Assembly (NCBI GenBank): GCA_046290465.1
Contig: JBKAGP010000001.1
Span: forward strand, 256,001-320,000
Direction of reading: 5' to 3'
From: Planctomycetota bacterium
Lineage (GTDB): Bacteria; Planctomycetota; UBA1135; UBA2386
DNA: 64,000 nt
In this document: one piece after another, positions 12,231-20,507 of the stretch
Numbering within the stretch: the stretch's first letter is position 1
How the letters are laid out: every line of letters starts with the position of its first letter
Notes under the pieces: generated by a model
Told to the model about the DNA's origin: nothing
The model's database searches: none
Seen by the model: the letters and a program-made list of their open reading frames with translations, nothing else
Made by a program: the position numbers and the translations under genes

Positions 12231-13019
12231 TCAGTTGCCGTCGCCTGCGGGCTTCGGCGTCGGTATTGGCAGCGGCGTCGTCGTTGGCTGCAGGGTCGTC
12301 GGCTGCAGGGTCGTCGGCTTCTGCTGCGCCGGCTGGCCGTCGACCGGCTTCATCACCGAGATGCCGTCGTTGCGGTACTTGGGCGCGAGGTCGGTCGGGT
12401 ACTTGCGCGGCACCGCGAGCAGTTCGCGCACGCGGTCGACGCCGGCGAACACGTAGTAGCGGCCGGCGGCCGGGCCCGCGTCGACGGTGGCGATGCCGGC
12501 GATCAGGCCGGCGAACATCGACTCGCCCTTGGGGCCGCGGCACAGCAGCGTCGCGCCGCCCGGCAGGTCGGTGCCCGGGTCGCGCAGCAGGTCGCCGGCG
12601 AGGCCCTTGCCGCGCGCGAGGTCGACGGCCACGGTGCGCACCGACGTGCCGTCCTCGGTCCACATGACCCACAGGTCGTCGTCGGCGGTGGGGCTGTGAT
12701 CGAGTGCGCGCGCCATCTGCGTCTTGAGGTCGATCTCGGCGCGCACGAAGCGCGGGCTGACCGGCTGCAGCGCGCCACTCTCGATCACCGGCGTCGGGCC
12801 GAGGAAGTAGTGCACGCGGCACGGCCCGTCGGTCGCGGTGCTGCCGAGCGACAAGACGCCGAACTCGGTCGCCGCTCCGTACTCGACGCCGCCGGTGGTC
12901 TCGAGCAGCACCACCGGGCGGGTGCGGTCGATCCAGTGCTCGCCCGAGAAGAACCAGGCCGAGCAGCTCGACAGCAGCGCCGTCAGCAGGAGCAGGGGGG
13001 CCGCGACTTTGCAACGCAT
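12231..13019 (-). CDS. Hypothetical lipoprotein with Pro/Thr-rich tail
   Basis: Lipobox LLSSC; coding-type codon bias; TAGGAT 6 nt before the ATG. Confidence 0.65.
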   Translation of the reverse strand: MRCKVAAPLLLLTALLSSCSAWFFSGEHWIDRTRPVVLLETTGGVEYGAATEFGVLSLGSTATDGPCRVHYFLGPTPVIESGALQPVSPRFVRAEIDLKTQMARALDHSPTADDDLWVMWTEDGTSVRTVAVDLARGKGLAGDLLRDPGTDLPGGATLLCRGPKGESMFAGLIAGIATVDAGPAAGRYYVFAGVDRVRELLAVPRKYPTDLAPKYRNDGISVMKPVDGQPAQQKPTTLQPTTLQPTTTPLPIPTPKPAGDGN

Positions 13020-13045
13020 GGTGGAATCCTAGCAGCGCCGGGCGC

Positions 13046-14464
13046 TCAGTCGACCTGCAACCGTTCGCGGTCCTGGGACGAGCGCAGCCGCAGCACGAAC
13101 ATCAGGCCGATGGCGACCGTGAACAGGCCGATCGCCAGACCCCACCAGAGCCCGGCCGGACCCATGTCGAGTCCGAATGCCAGCGCCGAGCCGAGGGTCA
13201 GGCCGAGCAGCCAGAAGCCGATGACGTTGGCGATCACCGCCGAACGCATGTCGCCCATGCCGCGCAGGCAGCCGACCGCGACCACCTGCAGGCCGTCGCC
13301 GATCTGGAACACGCCGGCGATCGGGATCAGCGTCGCCGCGACCGCGATCATCGGTTCGTGTTCGGCGAGCACCGAGGCCAGCTGCGTCGGCAGCAGCAGG
13401 AACAGCAGCATGAACGCGGTCATCGCCGCGGCGGCGGCGCACAGCGCGACGAACACCGAGCGCCGCACGGCCTCGGGATCGCGGCGACCGACCGCCCAGC
13501 CGACCCGCACCGATGCGGCGATGCCGAGGCCGAGCGGCACCATGAAGCTCAGCGATGCCAGCATCATCGTGATCTGGTGGCCGCCGAGCAGCCGGCCCGA
13601 GCCGTCGGCGCCCGGCTGCGTCTCGAGGAAGCCGACCAGCAGGCCGACCGCGCCGAACGCGCCCCACTCGAGGGCGAACTGCAGGCCGATCGGCGAGCCG
13701 AGCTTGAGCATGCGCCACAGCGGCCCGACCGCGAACGCGCGGGCGCGCACGGTCGCGTCGCGCAGCCGCGCGAGCTGTGGGCCGAGGTCGCGCCAGCCGA
13801 ACGCGACCAGCCCGAACAACATCAGCCAGCGGCACACGACGGTGGTCAGGCCGGCGCCGGTCGCGCCCATCTCCGGCAGGCCGAACGCGCCGAAGATGAA
13901 CACGTAGTCGAGCGCGAAGTTGGCGACGTTGCCGGCGACGATCGTCAGCACCTGCGGCATCAGCCGGGCGTGCGCCGACAGCAGGCTGCGCAGCGCCGCA
14001 TACCACAGGAACGGCAGGATCCCGATCGTCTGCAGCCGCGCGTAGCTGGCCGCCTCGGGGATCAGTTCGGGCGGCTGCTGCAGCAGTTCGAGCCAGGTCG
14101 CCGCCGGCAGCAGCACCACCGCGGTCGGCACCGAGAGCAGCAGGCCGAGCAGTAGCGTGCGGCCGAGCAGCCGCGGCACCGCTTCCTGGTCGCGGGCCCC
14201 GACCGCCTGCGACAGCAGCGGGTCGGCGGCGGTGACCGCGCCCATGCAGAACACCATGGTGCCGAAGCTCAGCAGGTTGCCGAGCGTCATCGCCGGCAGC
14301 GAACTCTCGTCGTGCCGGCCGAGCAGCGCGACGTCGACGAAGTTCATCGCGGTCATGCCGAACTGCACGAACGCGATCGGCACGCCGAGCCGCATCAGCT
14401 GCCGCATCTCGTCCCAGAACGTGCGGCTGGGCTGCTGGCTCTCGTGCTGCGGTCGTGGCTCCAT
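13046..14464 (-). CDS. MATE family efflux transporter (NorM-like)
   Basis: FVDVALLGR, SQAVGA, GLPEMGATGAG, LKLGSPIG, RVGWAVG and DGLQVVAVGCLRGMGD motifs. Confidence 0.92.
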   Translation of the reverse strand: MEPRPQHESQQPSRTFWDEMRQLMRLGVPIAFVQFGMTAMNFVDVALLGRHDESSLPAMTLGNLLSFGTMVFCMGAVTAADPLLSQAVGARDQEAVPRLLGRTLLLGLLLSVPTAVVLLPAATWLELLQQPPELIPEAASYARLQTIGILPFLWYAALRSLLSAHARLMPQVLTIVAGNVANFALDYVFIFGAFGLPEMGATGAGLTTVVCRWLMLFGLVAFGWRDLGPQLARLRDATVRARAFAVGPLWRMLKLGSPIGLQFALEWGAFGAVGLLVGFLETQPGADGSGRLLGGHQITMMLASLSFMVPLGLGIAASVRVGWAVGRRDPEAVRRSVFVALCAAAAAMTAFMLLFLLLPTQLASVLAEHEPMIAVAATLIPIAGVFQIGDGLQVVAVGCLRGMGDMRSAVIANVIGFWLLGLTLGSALAFGLDMGPAGLWWGLAIGLFTVAIGLMFVLRLRSSQDRERLQVD

Positions 14465-14524
14465 CGGCGCATCGCGCGAAGGCGCGGCGCAGCACTTTGG
14501 CCGCAGCCGGATCGGAAGCAAGTG

Positions 14525-14652
14525 GCTGTGGGAAGTCGTGTGGAAGCGGGATGTGGAGAGCTCCTAACCAGCTGTCGGTCTGCCCGTTTGGCTGTTGGTT
14601 ACCTGTGGACAGTTGGCCGCGCTGTGGAATGTCGTGTGGAAAGTGTGCAGAG
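14525..14652 (-). promoter_or_regulatory. Cluster of seven co-oriented DnaA-box-like nonamers
   Basis: On +: TGTGGGAAG 14527, TGTGGAAGC 14539, TGTGGAGAG 14552, TGTGGACAG 14604, TGTGGAATG 14623, TGTGGAAAG 14635, TGTGCAGAG 14644. The consensus reverse DnaA box is TGTGGATAA. Confidence 0.5.
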
Positions 14653-14814
14653 CCGCCGAGCGTCGCCGTGCCGCGTCTGGAGGGCGTCTGGCGCGGGGTT
14701 CGCGGGCCAGCCCGGGCGCCGCCGCCGCGGCCGAAGCGCGGCGCGGCCGGGGTGCGCGCGCCGCGGGCGCGCAGCCGATCGTGCGTCGGGATCCGCCGTC
14801 GGCCATTCCCTGGT

Positions 14815-14841
14815 GTTCGGGTTTTGTTAGGTTCTCGTTCG
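14815..14841 (+). promoter_or_regulatory. Candidate SOS (LexA-type) direct-repeat operator overlapping the dinB -10 element
   Basis: GTTC-N7-GTTA-N7-GTTC (14815, 14826, 14837); -10-like TAGGTT at 14828-14833; close match upstream of mrfA. Confidence 0.6.
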
Positions 14842-14843
14842 CC

Positions 14844-16100
14844 ATGGAACGACGCATCCTGCACGTCGACATCGACGCCTTCCTCGCCTCCGTCGAGCAG
14901 CTCCGCGACCCTGCCGTGATGGGCCGGCCGGTCGCGGTCGGGACCGGAGTGGTGGCGTCGCGCTCGTACGAGGCCAAGCGGCGTGGCGTGGAGACGGCGA
15001 TGCCGCTGCACGAGGCGATGCGGCGGTGCCCGGAGCTGATCGTGCGGCCCGGCGATGCGCGGCTGGTCGAGCGCTACCGGCAGAAGGTCGCCGAGGTGCT
15101 GCGGCAGTTCTCGCCGGTGGTCGAGGTCTGTTCGCTCGACGACTTCTACGCCGACCTGACCGGCGTGCCGATGGTCGTCGAACAGGTGCTCGAGGACCCG
15201 ACCGGCGTGGCGGGCGAACGTTCGCTGGTGGCGCTGGCGCGCGAGATCCGGCGGCGGGTGCGCGCCGAGACCGGACTGTCGGTCGCGCAGGGGCTCGGCA
15301 GCACGCGCACGGTCGCGCGGCTGGCGACCACCAGGGCCAAGCCCGGCGGCATCTGCGAGGTGCCGAACGGCCGCGAGCGCGACTTCCTCGGCGACTTCCC
15401 GATCGAGCTGGTGCCGGGGCTCGGGCCGAAGAGCCAGCAGCTGCTGCAGAAGGTCGGGATCGAGAACGTGCGGCAGCTGTGGACCGTCGACCGCGAGCTG
15501 CTGCGGCAGAGCTTCGGCAAGCGCGGCGACGACGTCTGGCTGCGCTGCCGCGGCCTCGACGAAGAGCCGGTGAAGGAGACGCCGACGATGCGCAGCATCT
15601 CGCGCGAGTCGTCGTTCGAGCCGCGGCACGACGCGCAGTCGCAGCAGCGGCCGTTCTTGCGCGGCATGCTCGCCTACCTGCTCGACCGCGCCGCGACCGA
15701 ACTGCGCCAGCAGCAGCTGCTGGCGCGCACCGTGCAGGTGCGGTTGCGCCACGTCGACGGCGTCGCCGGCGAACGTTCGCGTTCGCTGCGCGACGCGACC
15801 GACCGCACCGACCTGTGCATGGAGCTGGCGACCGCGCTGCTCGACGAACTGCTCGAGCGCCGCGTGCTGGTGCGGTTGGTCGGCGTCACGCTGACGTCGC
15901 TGCAGCCGCGCGGCCAACGCCAGGGCCAGCTGTTCGCCGCCGAGGACGACGCGCGGCAGAAGCTGTTCGCGGCGGTCGACCAGGTGCGCAAGCGGCACGG
16001 CTTCGGCGCGCTGGTGGTGGGGGCGGCCAGCGACCTGCTCGGCCAGCTGCCGCACGGCCGCCACGGCTTCCGGCTGCGCACGCCGTCGTTGACGAAGTGA
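14844..16100 (+). CDS. dinB: Y-family DNA polymerase IV
   Basis: HVDIDAFLASVEQ, SYEAKRRGV, SLDD, AKPGG, VPGLGPK and SISRESSF motifs; clamp-binding-like QGQLF. Confidence 0.9.
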   Translation: MERRILHVDIDAFLASVEQLRDPAVMGRPVAVGTGVVASRSYEAKRRGVETAMPLHEAMRRCPELIVRPGDARLVERYRQKVAEVLRQFSPVVEVCSLDDFYADLTGVPMVVEQVLEDPTGVAGERSLVALAREIRRRVRAETGLSVAQGLGSTRTVARLATTRAKPGGICEVPNGRERDFLGDFPIELVPGLGPKSQQLLQKVGIENVRQLWTVDRELLRQSFGKRGDDVWLRCRGLDEEPVKETPTMRSISRESSFEPRHDAQSQQRPFLRGMLAYLLDRAATELRQQQLLARTVQVRLRHVDGVAGERSRSLRDATDRTDLCMELATALLDELLERRVLVRLVGVTLTSLQPRGQRQGQLFAAEDDARQKLFAAVDQVRKRHGFGALVVGAASDLLGQLPHGRHGFRLRTPSLTK

Positions 16101-16151
16101 GGTCGACCCGGCCGGCCGGCGGGTGAGCCCGACGACGGCTGGGCCGTCGCG

Positions 16152-18728
16152 CTACTGCACGACGACCGCGACGAAGCTGTGCGGGTGGTCGCTGATCAGC
16201 TTCTCGATGTGGCCCGCAGCCGCCAGGTTGCGCCGCTCGGACAGCGTGCGCAGGCCGGCAGCCAGGCGCTTGCCCGCCTGCAGCTCGTCGCGCAGCACCG
16301 GCGCCCACGCCTCGCTGCTCTCCGGCAGGTCGGACAGCAGGGTGTCGAACACTACTGCGCGGAACGGGTAGCCGTCCTCGCCGGTGCCGCTGTCGTCGCT
16401 GCCCTTCTGCACGCGGGCCAGGTAGGTCGACGCGGCGCGCGCGTGCGCGTCGAGCGCGACGAACGCGAGGAAGCACTCGCGGCTGCCGGCGGGTGCGCCG
16501 TCGACCTGGGCGCAGAGCTCCTGCCACTGTTCGACCAGCAGCGAGCCGTAGTCGAAGCTGCGGTCGCGCGGCCGGCGGCCGGTGGTCTTGGTCAGCAACT
16601 GGCGCTGCTCACGATCCCACTGCAGCACGCGCAGGCTCTCGTCGCCGAGCACCAGCTCGAGCTCGCCGTTGCTGCAGTGCTGCTCGAGCACCTTGGCGAA
16701 CAGGTCGGCGTGCGCCGCCCAGCCCTGCAGCGCCCGGGCACGTTCGGCGGCCTCGGCCTGCTCCAGGTCGGCGGCGAACGCCTGCAGCGCGCTGCCGACG
16801 CCGGCGAAGTCGAACGCGGCCAGCGCGCTGCGCACGCGGTCGGCCCGCAGCAGTTCGTCGTAGCTCTGCCAGACGCCGGCGCGACGCGCGGTCTTGAGGG
16901 CCGCCAGCGCGGCGTCGCCGGCCTCGATCTCCTGCTTGCTGGCGGCGAGCTCGTCGCCGACCTGCCGCGGCCAGCGCTGGTCCGGCTGCAGGCCCTGCCG
17001 CAACGCCTCGAGCGCGGTCGCGAGCGCCTGCTCGTCGTCGCCGGCGCGCGCGGCGACGACCGGATCGCGCAGCTCCTGCAGACGCTGGCGTGCCTTGTCG
17101 AGGATCTCGTCGCGCAGCTTGGCGACGCCGGCCGCGAGCTCGTCGTCCCCGGCGAGATCCTTCGGCGGCTCGACGTCGAGACCGCGCAGCGCAAGTTCGT
17201 AGTCGTTGGCGTCGAGCGGCGTCACCGTGCCGCTGCGCAGCTTGGCGACGTGCTCGGCGATCTTGGCGCGGCGCTGTTGCAGCAGCTGTTCGCGCCGCGC
17301 GACGTCGCGGCGGATGTCGGCCGCGAGCCGGGTGGCGCGGTCGGCCGCGCCGGTGCCGACGTGCGCGCTGGCGACCCCGTCGAGCGCGACCGCGAGCTGC
17401 TCGTCCTCGGCGTCGCCGACCTGCACCTCGAGCAGCGCGATGGTCGCGTCCTTCTCGCGGGCCTGCGCCTCGAGCACCTGGATGCGATCGGCGAACTGCT
17501 GCTTCTCCGGATCGTCGTAGACGACCTTCTCGGTGATGATCTCCTTCTCCTTGGGCTTGGTCACCGCCCAGTAGATCGCGCCGCCGGCGACCACCACGGC
17601 CGCCGCCGCCAGCCCGATCCACAGGCCGCGCTTCTGCGGCGGCTGCAGCAGCGCCTCGAGCTCCTCCAGCAGTTCGTTGGCGGTCTGGTAGCGGTCGCCC
17701 GGATCCTTCGCCATCAGCCGCTGGATGATCGCGGCGACTTCCTGCGGCACGTCGGAGTTGGCCTTGTTGGCCGGTTCGGCCGGCTCCTTGACCTGCGCAC
17801 GCAGGATGTCCTTGACCGTCTGGCCGCGGAACGGCGTCTTGCCGGTGACCAGGCGATAGAACGTGCAGCCGAGCGCGTAGAGGTCGGTGCGGTGGTCGAG
17901 CGGCTGCTTGAGGACCTGCTCGGGCGCCATGAAGTGCGGCGTGCCGATCGCGCGGTCCTCCTGCTGGTCCGACGACGTGCTGGCCAGACCCAGGTCGGCG
18001 ATCTTGATCGCGCCGTGCTGGTCCAGCATCAGGTTGTCGGGCTTGATGTCGCGGTGCACGATGCCGAGCGACTCGGCGTAGGCGAGGCCGGCGGCGGCGT
18101 CGGCGACGACCTGCATGGCGCGGTCGACCGGCATCACGCCGTTCTGCTTGAGCCAGTCCTCGCAGGAGCCGTCGTGCATCAGCTCCATCGCGTAGTAGTA
18201 GAGGTCGCCGTCGTGTTCGACGTCGAACACCGACACGACGTTGGGGTGCTGCAGCTTGGCCGCCGCGCGCGCCTCGGCGACGAACTGCGACACGAACGCG
18301 GCGTCCTGGGTCTGCGCGCTGTTGAGCACCTTGAGCGCGACCTGGCGGTGCAGGCTGGTCTGCTCGGCGCGGTAGACCGTGCCCATGCCGCCCTTGCCGA
18401 GCACGTCGATCATCCGGTAGCCGGCGATCGTCGGCATGCTCTGGTCCTGCACGTCGCCGTAGGCCAGCCGGGTGGTGCCGATCTCGATGACGTCGCCGTC
18501 CTGCAGGCGGCTGGCCTGCACGTCGGCGCCGTTGACCCGCACCGGGCCGTTGGCCTTGATGCCGAAGCCTTCGCCCTTGAGCGCCTTGACGACCGCGTGC
18601 TGCTCGAGCACGCCGGCCTCCCGGATGCGCAGGGAGCACTGGTCGCCGCTGCCGAGCAGCGTCGGGATGTCGCGATCGAGCGGGACGGTGGTGCCGGCGA
18701 GCGGGCCGGTCTCGACAGTGAGTCGCAC
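16152..18728 (-). CDS. FHA-domain Ser/Thr protein kinase with TM helix and large extracytoplasmic helical domain
   Basis: N-terminal FHA-like region (H...VNG...L.DGDVIEIG); LGKGGMGTVY, VALK, HRDIKPDN, DLGLA, GTPHFMAPE; TM LWIGLAAAAVVVAGGAIYW. Confidence 0.92.
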   Translation of the reverse strand: MRLTVETGPLAGTTVPLDRDIPTLLGSGDQCSLRIREAGVLEQHAVVKALKGEGFGIKANGPVRVNGADVQASRLQDGDVIEIGTTRLAYGDVQDQSMPTIAGYRMIDVLGKGGMGTVYRAEQTSLHRQVALKVLNSAQTQDAAFVSQFVAEARAAAKLQHPNVVSVFDVEHDGDLYYYAMELMHDGSCEDWLKQNGVMPVDRAMQVVADAAAGLAYAESLGIVHRDIKPDNLMLDQHGAIKIADLGLASTSSDQQEDRAIGTPHFMAPEQVLKQPLDHRTDLYALGCTFYRLVTGKTPFRGQTVKDILRAQVKEPAEPANKANSDVPQEVAAIIQRLMAKDPGDRYQTANELLEELEALLQPPQKRGLWIGLAAAAVVVAGGAIYWAVTKPKEKEIITEKVVYDDPEKQQFADRIQVLEAQAREKDATIALLEVQVGDAEDEQLAVALDGVASAHVGTGAADRATRLAADIRRDVARREQLLQQRRAKIAEHVAKLRSGTVTPLDANDYELALRGLDVEPPKDLAGDDELAAGVAKLRDEILDKARQRLQELRDPVVAARAGDDEQALATALEALRQGLQPDQRWPRQVGDELAASKQEIEAGDAALAALKTARRAGVWQSYDELLRADRVRSALAAFDFAGVGSALQAFAADLEQAEAAERARALQGWAAHADLFAKVLEQHCSNGELELVLGDESLRVLQWDREQRQLLTKTTGRRPRDRSFDYGSLLVEQWQELCAQVDGAPAGSRECFLAFVALDAHARAASTYLARVQKGSDDSGTGEDGYPFRAVVFDTLLSDLPESSEAWAPVLRDELQAGKRLAAGLRTLSERRNLAAAGHIEKLISDHPHSFVAVVVQ

Positions 18729-18857
18729 GTGGCGGGGTCGGGTTCGGAGCAGAGGGGGCGCGACGAGTATCGCAGAGCCCGCGTCAGGTCGCGAGCGGCC
18801 TTTGCCAGCAATCCGCTACACTGCAGCTCCGCCCCTCGCTGCAACCGCACCTTCCCG

Positions 18858-20261
18858 ATGCTCCGATCCGTCGTCCGCCGCGCCTTCGCGGCCTCCCTGC
18901 TCTCCACGTTCACGCTGGCAACGGGTCTGCAGGCCCAGGATGCCAGCAGCCGGCCGGCGCTAGGCAAGGGCGCGACCGAGGCGCTGGTCGCGCGCTACGA
19001 GGCGGCCGAGCACTGGGTGCAGAAGGTCGTGGTGCTGCTGTCGCTCAACGGCTACTGGCACCCGTCCGCCGACCAGATGCTGATCTCGGCGATGTCGGAT
19101 CGCGACGCGCGGCTGCGTGCGTTCGGCCTGGAGGCGCTGCTGCGCGCCGACGATGCGCTGATGCCGATGGTCGCGACCACCGCGCTGCTCGACGAACTGA
19201 TCCAAAAGCAGGCCGGCGCGTCCAACAAGCACTACGCCGCGCGCGTGCAGGACGCGCTGGTGCGGCTCGCGCCCGACGCCGGCGCCAGCAAGAAGAGCGA
19301 ATGGGTGCGCTGGTGGCGTGAGCGCCGCGACGCCCACAAGCCGGTCGAGTGGGTCGAGAAGGCGCAGCCCGATGCCGGCGCCGGCGGCACCGCGGCCGCG
19401 GCCAACCGCGCCTTCGACCTCTACCAGTCGGGTCTCGACCTGATGCTGTGCATCGATTCGACCGGCAGCATGCAGCCGACCATCGACGCGGTCGCCGCGG
19501 CGCTCGGCGAGATGGTCGACATCCTCGACGGCATCTCGCCGAAGATGCGGCTCGGCATCGTGCACTACAAGGACGAGGGCGAGCTCGGCGACAGCGGCGC
19601 GAAGGTGATCCAGCCGCTCAACAAGAACATTAAGACCGCACGCAAGAAGCTCGAGAAGCTGCGCGCGTTCGGCGGCGGTGACCTGCCGGAGGCCGTGCTC
19701 GGTGGCCTCGACCTGGCGCTGCACAAGAAGATGAAGTGGAAGGACGACGCCAACAAGCTGGTGATCGTCATCGGCGACGCGCCGCCGCACCCGCGCCACG
19801 CCGACACGCTGGTCGAGCTCGCCAAGGACGCGTTCGAACGACCGGGCTCGCACGGCGTCGGCAACAAGAAGCCGACCACCGGCAAGCGCAAGCTGACGCC
19901 GTTCTTGACGTCGACGATGGGCGTGTTCGTCAAGCCGGGCCCCGGCATCCAGGTCGCCGCCCAGTTCGTGCAGGCGCAGAAGCAGATGCGCAAGGACTTC
20001 GAGGCCGTCGCGAAGGCCGGCGGCGGCGTCTTCGTCGAGATCGAGTTCGTCGTCGACAGCGTGCGGCCGAAGACCTCGAAGGAGAAGCGCGAGGAGAAGG
20101 AGAAGCGCGAGGAGAAGGAGAAGGGCGCGTTCGAGAACGAGGCGACCCGCAAGGTCGTCGAACACATCCTGGTGCTGTCGTTCGGTGAGCGCTTCCGCGT
20201 CGAGATGCGCGACTTCGTGCGGATCTTCTACGAGTACAAGAAGGCCGAGTTGATCAAGTAG
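18858..20261 (+). CDS. Secreted vWA-domain protein with N-terminal helical region
   Basis: Signal peptide ending LQA-Q; MIDAS IDSTGSM, GGGDLPEAV, IGDAPPH. Confidence 0.85.
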   Translation: MLRSVVRRAFAASLLSTFTLATGLQAQDASSRPALGKGATEALVARYEAAEHWVQKVVVLLSLNGYWHPSADQMLISAMSDRDARLRAFGLEALLRADDALMPMVATTALLDELIQKQAGASNKHYAARVQDALVRLAPDAGASKKSEWVRWWRERRDAHKPVEWVEKAQPDAGAGGTAAAANRAFDLYQSGLDLMLCIDSTGSMQPTIDAVAAALGEMVDILDGISPKMRLGIVHYKDEGELGDSGAKVIQPLNKNIKTARKKLEKLRAFGGGDLPEAVLGGLDLALHKKMKWKDDANKLVIVIGDAPPHPRHADTLVELAKDAFERPGSHGVGNKKPTTGKRKLTPFLTSTMGVFVKPGPGIQVAAQFVQAQKQMRKDFEAVAKAGGGVFVEIEFVVDSVRPKTSKEKREEKEKREEKEKGAFENEATRKVVEHILVLSFGERFRVEMRDFVRIFYEYKKAELIK

Positions 20262-20276
20262 GCCGGCGTGCAACCA

Positions 20277-20364
20277 CCGCATACCGAACCCGGTTCATCC
20301 TGCGCCACTTGTCGCGCGCATGCGCGCGACAAGTGGCGCAGCGTGAACCGGGTTCGGTATGCGG
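20277..20364. repeat. 88-bp near-perfect palindrome built from two REP-like units
   Basis: CCGCATACCGAACCCGGTTCA...TGAACCGGGTTCGGTATGCGG flank a perfect 42-bp palindrome centred at 20320/20321; only 2 non-complementary pairs. Confidence 0.9.
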
Positions 20365-20507
20365 CACACGCGGCGTCGGTGGGTGTGTGCGCGTGGGCTT
20401 TGTGCGCTACGTTTGGTGGTGCATCACGCATCGCAGCCTGGATGTCTGGAGGTCGTTCGACTGGCGGCGGTTCCTCGCGTGGCGGTGGGGCAGCGCGAAG
20501 ACTGGTC

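Noticed and set aside
14650..14800. Structured ncRNA or riboswitch in the GC-rich part of the MATE-dinB gap
   Set aside because: Short stems are expected at this extreme GC content, and I recognise no family motif. An Rfam/Infernal scan would be needed.
16179..18857. Apparent 1360-aa fusion upstream of the vWA protein, and similar N-terminal extensions of pgk, tilS, xylB, trkA and lpxB in the ORF track
   Set aside because: The extensions overlap other real genes. Signal peptides, motifs and stop-start overlaps place the true starts downstream.
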